Source: Eledone cirrhosa
Taxonomy: Eukaryota
Assembly: GCA_964016885.1 (NCBI GenBank)
Contig: OZ024748.1
Span: 43,896,001 to 43,960,000, forward strand
Direction: 5' to 3'
Length of the DNA stretch: 64,000 nucleotides
Part shown: positions 55,621 to 64,000 of the stretch, piece after piece
How positions within the stretch are numbered: the first letter of the stretch is position 1
Layout of the letters: the number at the start of each line of letters is the position of its first letter
The notes under the pieces: generated by a model
What the model saw: only the letters and a program-made list of their open reading frames with translations
What the model was told of the DNA's origin: nothing
The model's database searches: none
Translations under genes and position numbers: made by a program

Positions 55621-56277
55621 CATATATATATATTTATATATATATATATATATGGAGGCTTAGTGGTTAGAGCATTGGCCTTGCAATCGAAAGGTTGTGA
55701 GTTCAATTCTCAGACCGGGTGATGTGTTGTTTCTTTGAGCAAGACACTTTATTTCACATTGCTCCAGTTTACTCAGCTGTAGAAATGAGATGATAGGGAC
55801 TGGGGTCCATATCATTCCACTGTAAAGTGGTCGTGGAGGTGCCACGGTAAAAAAAGCACCCAGCACTCACTGTAAATGAGGTTGGTGTTAGGAAGGGCAT
55901 CCAGCTGTAGAAATCAAGCCAGAATCAGTTGCCATCCCACCCTTGCAAGCAGGGAAAAAGCGGACGTAAAATGATGATGATGATATATATAGAGATTTTA
56001 CTAAACTTCCATATATACACACACATAAACATGCGTACACACAAATATGAATATATAAAAATAAATATATTATATATATATATATATATATATAAATGAA
56101 GTAATTCCGTCGGAAAGGTCCAGGAAAAAAGAGTGCTCTTTGTAGTTTTGTGTGCATGTGTGTTTATCTACTTTTATATTTATTCTGTTTCCTTTCCTTC
56201 TTCCTTTTCCAGCCTCACTTTCATATAGATTATATATTTGTTTTTAAAATCCACTGTCAATAAATACACCAGGATTT

Positions 56278-56338
56278 TTTCATTCTGATGACTGAAAGCA
56301 AATTTTGTTTGCTTTCAAGAAACCACTGGTAAATGAAA
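56278..56338 (+). ncRNA. Type-I hammerhead motif, family A (best copy)
   Basis: 7-bp stem I, 10-bp stem II UGAAAGCAAA/UUUGCUUUCA, stem III ACC/GGU, GUA cleavage triplet. Confidence 0.72.
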
Positions 56339-57923
56339 TAATTATCTTATGTTGTTTATTACATAACTATATATATATATATATATACACATATATGTAC
56401 ATATACACACATATATATATATTATATATTTATTTTTATATATTCATATTTGTGTGAATGCATGTATATGTGTGTGTATATATGGAAGTTTAGTAAAATC
56501 TATATATATATATGTACACATATACAGATATATATGCGCATGTGTGTATTTATATATATGTGTGTATACACGTGTGTCTATGGTTGTGTATATGTATGAG
56601 TGTATGTATGTATGTATGTATATATGTGTGTACATGTATATATGTTTATGAGTATTAGTATATGTGTGGGTAGGGCATCCAGCCGTAGAAAACCTGCCAG
56701 ATATACGAGCGAGACATGGTCACCCGACCAATCTTGCCTCAAGTGGGACAACGCCCGTCTAACCCATGCTAGCGTGGAAGATAGACGTTAAACGATGATG
56801 ATGATGATACACATACATACATGTGGAGATGTCACAACAAAAAGCAACCAGCTCACACTGTAAGGTGGTTGAGGCTAGGAAAGGCATCCAGCTGTAGAAA
56901 CCAACCCAAAATCAGTTCAGGGATATGTTACTTCTGCTAGTAACAAAGAGCTTCTCTCAGAAGTATGAGGCTTGTTTTTGAACTGCTACGCTGCGTAGTA
57001 GTAGCAAAACCTGGCACCATGAATGTAAAACTTCTACGCAAATTAGAAAGAAATGATTTCCTAAACCAAAATAACAGTTCCAACTTTCAACTTATATCTC
57101 TTGATATTTCAAAGTTAGGACCCATTTCTAAAAAAAAAAAAGAGAGGTCTGTCTGTGTGTGAGGGAGGGTCTGGCGTTAAACACACTGCACCCCACTCTT
57201 TTCTTTTGGAAAATAAAGGGGTCACTTTAACCCTTTAGCATTTCAACCGGCCATATCCGGCCAGAATTCTCTCAAACCAGCTGTAACTGGCTGCTCATAC
57301 TGATGTTAAGGTATTGTTCTTAAAATAGATAATATCAAAATTTCATAGATTCACTATTATGTGAGGTAAAGCCTTTACCATGAAAATACAATAGTATATA
57401 TAGAGTAATGTAAATGTTATGTGAGATATGTGAGGTAAAGCCTTTACTGTGAAAATACAATAGTATATATAGAGTAATGTTATGCGAGATATTATGTGAG
57501 GTAAAGCCTTTACCATGAAAATATAATAGTATATATAGAGTAATGTAAATGTTATGTGAGATATTATGTGAGGTAAAGCCTTTACCATGAAAATACAATA
57601 GTATATATAGAGTAATGTAAATGTTATGTGAGATATTATGTGAGGTAAAGCCTTTACTGTGAAAATACAATAGTATATATAGAGTAATTTCTTTATTTGC
57701 CACCAGGGCACAAAAGGTAGGGACAGATACAAGGGGGGAAGTTTACATATAATTAACGAGTACAAAAATATAACAATGAAATAACAACAACAAACAAAGT
57801 CCTCAATAGGGAGGGGGGCATTAACATGGGACGCACACACCCCGGAAAAAATGTGCAACCCTTCTCCTCAGGAGCACAAAGAGTAGGTGCTTCCCTCGTC
57901 TCCTCTTTTTCCTCTTCTTTCAC

Positions 57924-60900
57924 CTACAGGCTGATATAGAGAGAAGACCCATTCACTCTGGCCATTCTCCCTACTTTCACCCACCTTTCATAAAACTTGC
58001 TGGGGTAGAGCACCTCTCTCTCCATTCTGATCCTTCTTTTAAAATGGTATTTGAAAAAGGGCACCAGTTGTTGGCCGGAGAGAAAGGTGTCTGACCTCAG
58101 CCCTTTCAGCCTCGTCCACCATACAACTTCTTTAGCCATGGCTATCACACAGAGAAAAACCGCCTCTCCTTCGTTTTTGAAAGGGGGAGGCGGTTTGATC
58201 GTGACATTGGACTCGGTGGTCAACCGGATTGGTCCCACCCTCGACAGTAGTCGTTCCACATGGCTCCACAGGTCAGCAATGTCTGGGCAGTGTACGAATG
58301 CGTGCGCAACGGTTTCGTCGTCATGCATGCATCTCGGACAGATCTTATTCAAAGGATCCCTACCCAGGCCTGTGGAGCTTGTCTCGAACGGGTAGAGCCC
58401 CTCGGTAGCACTGCCAAGCCAGGGACTTTTGGAAGTTGTCCATCGGTCCAGGGCCAAACGTCCTACCGAACAGACTGGCCAGTTCATCTTCCTCCATGCC
58501 TAGAGCTTCTCCGAGAGCATCGTCGCACCTGCTGCGTACCAACCCTCTATAGAATGTCGAGGTGGAGTCTCCACTGATTGCCGGGTCCGCTTTCCAGAGG
58601 GCCGTGAGCACCTGGGCACATTCAATGTGCCAGTCGCCCACTTTTCTCGGTCTTTGCTTGACCCAGGATTGCAGCTCGGTGAGCGAGACGAGTCTGGGAA
58701 AGGCTCGCCTCACAAATGGGGCCCACACCGGTTGACCAGTGAGGAATACCTGGAGGTGCCGTAGCCTTAATGCGTGTTTACGCATCTGTAGCCACGGCAT
58801 CCCCAGCCCTCCTTTCGAAGGGTGTTGACAGCAGATGGATCTCCTCACCAAAGGGGTCCGCTTGTTCCAAAGAAATTGGAACAGCGCGCACTCCATTTTG
58901 GCGAGTCTTTTCACTGGGCAAGGCACGACGGTCAAGCGGTAGTAGATGACGGATGCTATATAAGCGTTCGCCACCTCCGGTCGACCTTTCAGGGATAGTT
59001 TGCACTGGGCCCACTTCTGGGCGAGTGCAAACACCTTGGCCGTTACCTCGTTCCAGTTTTTCTCCACCTGGAGGTCTGGTCCGAACCAGACCCCAAGCAG
59101 CTTCACCGGGCCCTCCGTCCAGCGTCCGACGACGTCGTTGGAGGGCATCGGTTTGCCTCTCCATGTTCCGAGTTGCAAACCGACGGACTTGTCCCAGTTC
59201 AGCTTGGCTCCTGTAAACCTTTCATATTCCTCCAGTAAGGTGCCGATCTCACCGATTTGTGAGGTTCTCGACACCATTACTGTCACGTCATCGGCGTAGG
59301 CCGACGCCGCTTTCTGCAATCCCAGTTCCAAAGGGATGCCCTGCAACCGCTCCAACTTCCGCAGTAGTGGCTCAAGAGCCAGCACATACAGAAGGGAGGA
59401 GAGAGGGCATCTCTGTCGGATGGATCGCATGATTTGGAACGGCTCCGAGAGGTGGCCGTTCACCTTGACCCTTGAGCAGACGTTGCTGCTGTGCATCGCA
59501 GCAATCCAACCCCTGAAAACGGGTCCGAAGCCTGCCGCCGTGAGCACCGCATCCAGGTAACGATGGTCAACCCTATCGAAAGCTTTAGATTGATCCAAGT
59601 TGATCAGGGCCCCACCAAAGCCGGGTTCATTCCCTACCCTCTCTATGATGTATCGCATTAGGTGGAGATTGTCGTGAATGGACCTGGACGGGATTGCGCA
59701 TGTCTGCGCTTCTCCCACCAGGTTTCCGACGACAAGCGCCAACCTCTTCGCTAACACCTTGGCCAAAATCTTTAACTCTGCATTTAGCAGAGTTATGGGC
59801 CTGAAGTTACTTATGTCATCCCCCTTGTTCTCGTCCTTCCTCACCAGCGTAACTACGCCCTTGGCCACAGAACTGGGAATTCTCCCGTTCTGCTGCCAGT
59901 TGCAGTAGACCGCTTCGAGGATATCGGAGAACAAGTCCGGCATCGCTACATATAGCTCGTATGGTAGACCATCGAGACCCAGGGATTTGCGTTTGCCGCA
60001 TTGGCTCAGCGCCGCCCCTATCTCAGCAGCTGAAATTGGCCTTTCGCAGGACTTCGCTTCCCCGTCCGAGAGGCGCGGCAGACCGTCGAGGTATGGATTG
60101 AAATCCATAGTCTCACCCGGCGTGCCGCCCCTCCCGAACAGTCGTGCAAAGTGCTGCTGAAAGGCCGCACACATCTGCCCAGGTTCAAGGATCACACGCC
60201 CATCCTGGTCCTTCAAAGACCGAATCGTGGACTTGTTCCCACTTTTTGCCTCTGTCACTTGGGCCCAGCTAACAGCTTTGGCTCCCTCATTACCTAGAGC
60301 ACGTATTTTACTCCTGACAACGCAGCCCTCGTGCTTCACATCAAAGAACTGGTCTAAGGCCATTCTTGATGCCAGCACGCTGGCTACATTGCCACTCCTA
60401 ATCGCCTCTTCTACTCTATCTACTAATTCCCTTTCCGTCTTGTTCCTATCCCTTGCTAATTCCTGACTAAAACCTATCGATTCTATTCTAATTGCTCTCT
60501 TAAGAGAGCTCCACCACCTGTTGTTGACAATTGCCCCTGTCAAACTCTGCTTAACTAACGTGCTAATCCGTTTACTGTAAGCTTTGCTTGTCGGTAAGGA
60601 CAAGTTCAGCTTCCAGTAACCGGATCCCTGTCTATGGGTTCTATCAAGGTTGACTATGCAGGTCACTAACTTGTGATCCGAATAGTCAACCATGAACATT
60701 TTTGGACAGCTAAATGTGTCCCTATCCTTATCTCTAACTAGGACCCTATCTAGGTCCGACCTAGATGTTCCGCTGCGATTGGTCCACGTCCATAGTGGTA
60801 CAGTCGGAAAATCTAGTCGATATCTATCGGCCAGGTCAAATCGGCCGATTAACCTTTTGAGGCTTTTACACCCCCCTCTATTGGCACATGCCCCTACATA

Positions 60901-61353
60901 GTCCCAACGTGCATCCAGGATACCATTCCAATCCCCCACTAAAAGCAAGGAGCGGGACGTTCCCAGAAAAGTTTCCAGACGTTGGAAGTAGTTCGGCCGC
61001 GCTGCCCAAAAAGGGGCGTACACAGCAATTAGTCTAAGGGCTCCACTTTCACTACTGCCAACGTCTAAAACCACCAGTCGACCCTCTGGGTCCAGGTGCA
61101 CCTTCTGTATGGCGAGGCCCAGGTGTTTTCGCAGCAGAACGACAACTCCACCCCCACCCCCCGGTTGACAGAGAGATGCGAAGATCTCAAAGTCGTCGAA
61201 GAGGGGCGCCAGTTGGCGCTCGCTGCTGATCCTGGACTCACAAATAGCCATTACATCCATTCTATGCGACCTGAGATCGTTTAAAAGTTTGCCTTGTTTC
61301 CAAGACAGTCCCAGGCCGCGTACATTCAGACACCCAACTCTTATATCAGCCAT
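57924..61353 (-). pseudogene. L1/Tx1 ORF2 (APE endonuclease + reverse transcriptase + CCHC finger), one frameshift near 58360
   Basis: LNVRGL, VYAP, GDWN, DRVL, SDHK; NFRPITLLN, DQSKAFDRV, intact AYADDV; CPRC...ETVAHAFVHC in the shifted frame. Confidence 0.92.
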
Positions 61354-61988
61354 GTTGGTTAAAAGAGGAAGGACCTACCTGTTCGGCACCTGAGGAGCAG
61401 GTTGCACAATATCCATGGGCGTATTGGAGGGGTTGTTTGGTGGGGTGTTGTTCTGTGGTGGGGTGGGGGTGTTTGGTGAGGTGTGGGTGGAGAAACGTTT
61501 CAAGAGGACGCGGTTATAGGGTCGAGTACATGTTTTCCCCACGTCCTCAGGAAAGTTCTCTCTTAGTTTTGCATAGGTGTCCATTGAGAGTCTTATCATT
61601 TTTAAATGCGGTTTGTTGGCCGCGCTTGCAAAGAATTGCCCTTCAGTTTCCACCAAAGGGTCTTTGTGTATTGTTTTTACTAGTTCTTTGTTATTTGTGT
61701 TAATGTATGTATACTGTTTTATTTGTGTTGTGTTTGTTTGTTGTTCTTGTGTGTGCTTGCGTTTTGTTGTATGTGTTATGTTTTGGGGTGGGGTGGGGTG
61801 GATTTTGTTTCTTCTGTTTGTTTTGTTTTTGTTGGTGGTTGTGTGTTTGTTTCGTTTATGTTCATGTGGTGCTTTCTTTTTTTTCTTTTTACAGGTTGGA
61901 AGGGTTCTCCCTCTTCGTCACTAGGTGCCGTTTCAGCTGGGTCCTCGTCCGTGCTGTCGGGTAGTGGTGTATTTTGGGGTTTTGTTGT

Positions 61989-62340
61989 AACAAAATACAC
62001 CCCCGTCCCACCACCCCCACCCCATCCACACCGCCCCCTTCTATGTAAAGTTATGTTGGTGCCACACCATCCAGGCCGAAACAATGAGATCGTGTAGGTG
62101 TCACGACAAAAAAACACACAGTCCACGCTGTAATGTGGCCGTGTAGGCAACACGGTAAAAACCTCCCAGACCCACACTGTAAATGTGGTTGGTGTTAGGA
62201 AGGGCATCCAACTGTAGAAAACCTGCCAGACAGTCCTATGCGAGCAAGACAATCACTCTTGCCTCAAGTGGGAAAACCCCCGTCCAAACCCATGCAAGCA
62301 TGGAACACGGACGTTAAACGTTGATGATGATGATGATGAT
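61989..62340 (+). mobile_element. RTE 3'-UTR-type short element nested in Tx1 ORF1
   Basis: Homologous to 48745-49110, with (GAT)n tail. Confidence 0.85.
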
Positions 62341-64000
62341 TGTGTGTGTTTTTGGAGTTGTTTTGGGTGGGACCGTGTCTTGTGTTATTTTTCCGTGTTG
62401 TTTTTGTTGTTGTTGTGGTGGTGGTAGTGGCGGTATGTGGGGTGTAGGCAAAAGAGCCTTTTTTTTTGTCAATTGAGGACAGGCAGCCCTTAGATGACCC
62501 CTGCTTGAACAGTAGTAACATATGGGCCTCCTACCCTCGGCTGAAATGTATACAAATGTTTCTCCATCGAGGGACACCCTCTGTGGTATTCTAGCTATTC
62601 GTTCTGGTCTCATTTGGACCAGAACCTCCACGCTCAAACGTCTGTGGTGACTTCTACTGAGAGGATTCCGTCCTCGTCTTCTAAAAATCCTGTTAGTACC
62701 CAGGAAATGCATGCATTAGGCCGGATTCCGGAGACTCTTATTTTTTGCGTTCTTTTCCCCAAATATGTGGGGAAAAATGTGTGTAGCTTGGAAACAATTG
62801 GCGCCACAGAGTATTTCCTGGCTGTCAATTGATCCTTCATTAGCACCGTTATATTCCCATAGAGTGGCCCTCTTTGTATGAACGATATATCACTCCACAC
62901 ATTTTTTAGGACCAGCTCAATTTCTTTTTGGGATAATTGAGCTGGTTTCCTTGTTATGTTGGAAATTGTTCTGAAAGATATCGTTCTTAGTGTCGTGTCT
63001 CTTTTGATTTCTTGTGGGGAGGTGATTGTGAAGTCTCCTCCTTCTTTGAAAGTTACATACTGTTTTGCTTCCTTCATCTTTTCTCTCAGAGTTGTAATGT
63101 CCAGTTGCTTGCAGGTCTGTGTTTTTCGGACCGCTTGTGCAAAGGAGGCACCAGTAGTGGGTTCGCTTTGTTTGGTGTTATTGTTATTTTTTCATTTTTT
63201 TCTTGGTTGGTGTTGTGACTATTGCTGTTGTTAGTCGTGCTGTTATTGTCATTGTTGTTTTTGTCTGCGTTTATGTGACTTTCTGGGTTTTCACCCATTT
63301 TTACAAATTTTTCTTTTAACTCCGTGTTCCATGTTTCTTTTGCAGAAGTGAGGAGGGAAGACTTAGAGCATTGTGCTTCTAGCTTCTCTGTATCACCTTT
63401 CTTAGGGGGCGTGGCTTTCTCGTTAGGATGAGATGTGAAAATTCCGTCCATTTCTATAAGTTTGCCGTAATAAATTTTTAAATGTAAAATTTGTCCCAAA
63501 AAGGGGCGAAAATAAATAAACTCAAAGTCTGACGACTCAGGCAAGGGGTTAACGTATATTACAGTACAAAAACAATAAATCAAAACTCACTTTTGAGTAA
63601 GTAAATCCAACTCGGTAGCCGAGCTTGTTCACACACGTAAACACACGTCTCTCGTATACGAGATGTTATGTGGGATATTATGTGAGGTAAAGCCTTTACT
63701 GTGAAAATACAACAGTATATATAGAGTAATGTAAATGTTATGTGAGATATTATGTGAGGTAAAGCCTTTACTGTGAAAATACAGCAGTATATATAGAGTA
63801 ATGTAAATGTTATGTGAGATATTATGTGAGGTAAAGCCTTTACTGTGAAAATACAATAGTATATATAGAGTAATGTAAATGGTATGTGAGATATTTTGTG
63901 AGGTAAAGCCTTTGCTGTGAAAATACAATAGTATATATAGAGTAATGTAAATGTTATGTGAGATATTATGTGAGATAAAGCCTTTACTGTGAAAATACAA

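Larger units (their letters stand above)
57689..63660 (-). mobile_element. Near full-length L1/Tx1-type LINE inserted in the 60-bp array of a piggyBac MITE
   Basis: Fragmented ORF1 with CYYCSSRGHLRAAC knuckle; ORF2 with APE and RT; AATAAA at the 3' end; the same 60-bp array on both sides. Confidence 0.92.

Overview
AT-rich, microsatellite-rich animal genomic DNA. The repeat content (Nin- and Meta-core tRNA SINEs, RTE LINEs with (ATG)n tails, Penelope-like elements) suggests an octopod cephalopod; this is inference. The only host gene is SMC5 on the minus strand. I reconstructed 21 coding exons by hand (41308 down to 1162), all GT-AG and phase-consistent, 2655 nt = 884 aa plus stop. The N-terminal Walker A exons were not found and probably lie beyond 64000. 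The introns hold decayed transposons: a near full-length L1/Tx1 LINE, a long RTE LINE with a PHD-type finger inside its RT region, CR1 and RTE fragments, a Naiad-type Penelope-like element, Helitrons, and piggyBac, mariner and pogo MITEs. There are also several minisatellites, most of which arose inside transposons. The most notable unannotated signal is at least four families of minimal type-I hammerhead ribozyme motifs (about a dozen copies, some with covarying stems) in inverted Penelope pLTR-like repeats; several lie in the sense orientation of the SMC5 pre-mRNA. All calls are by eye, with no database search.
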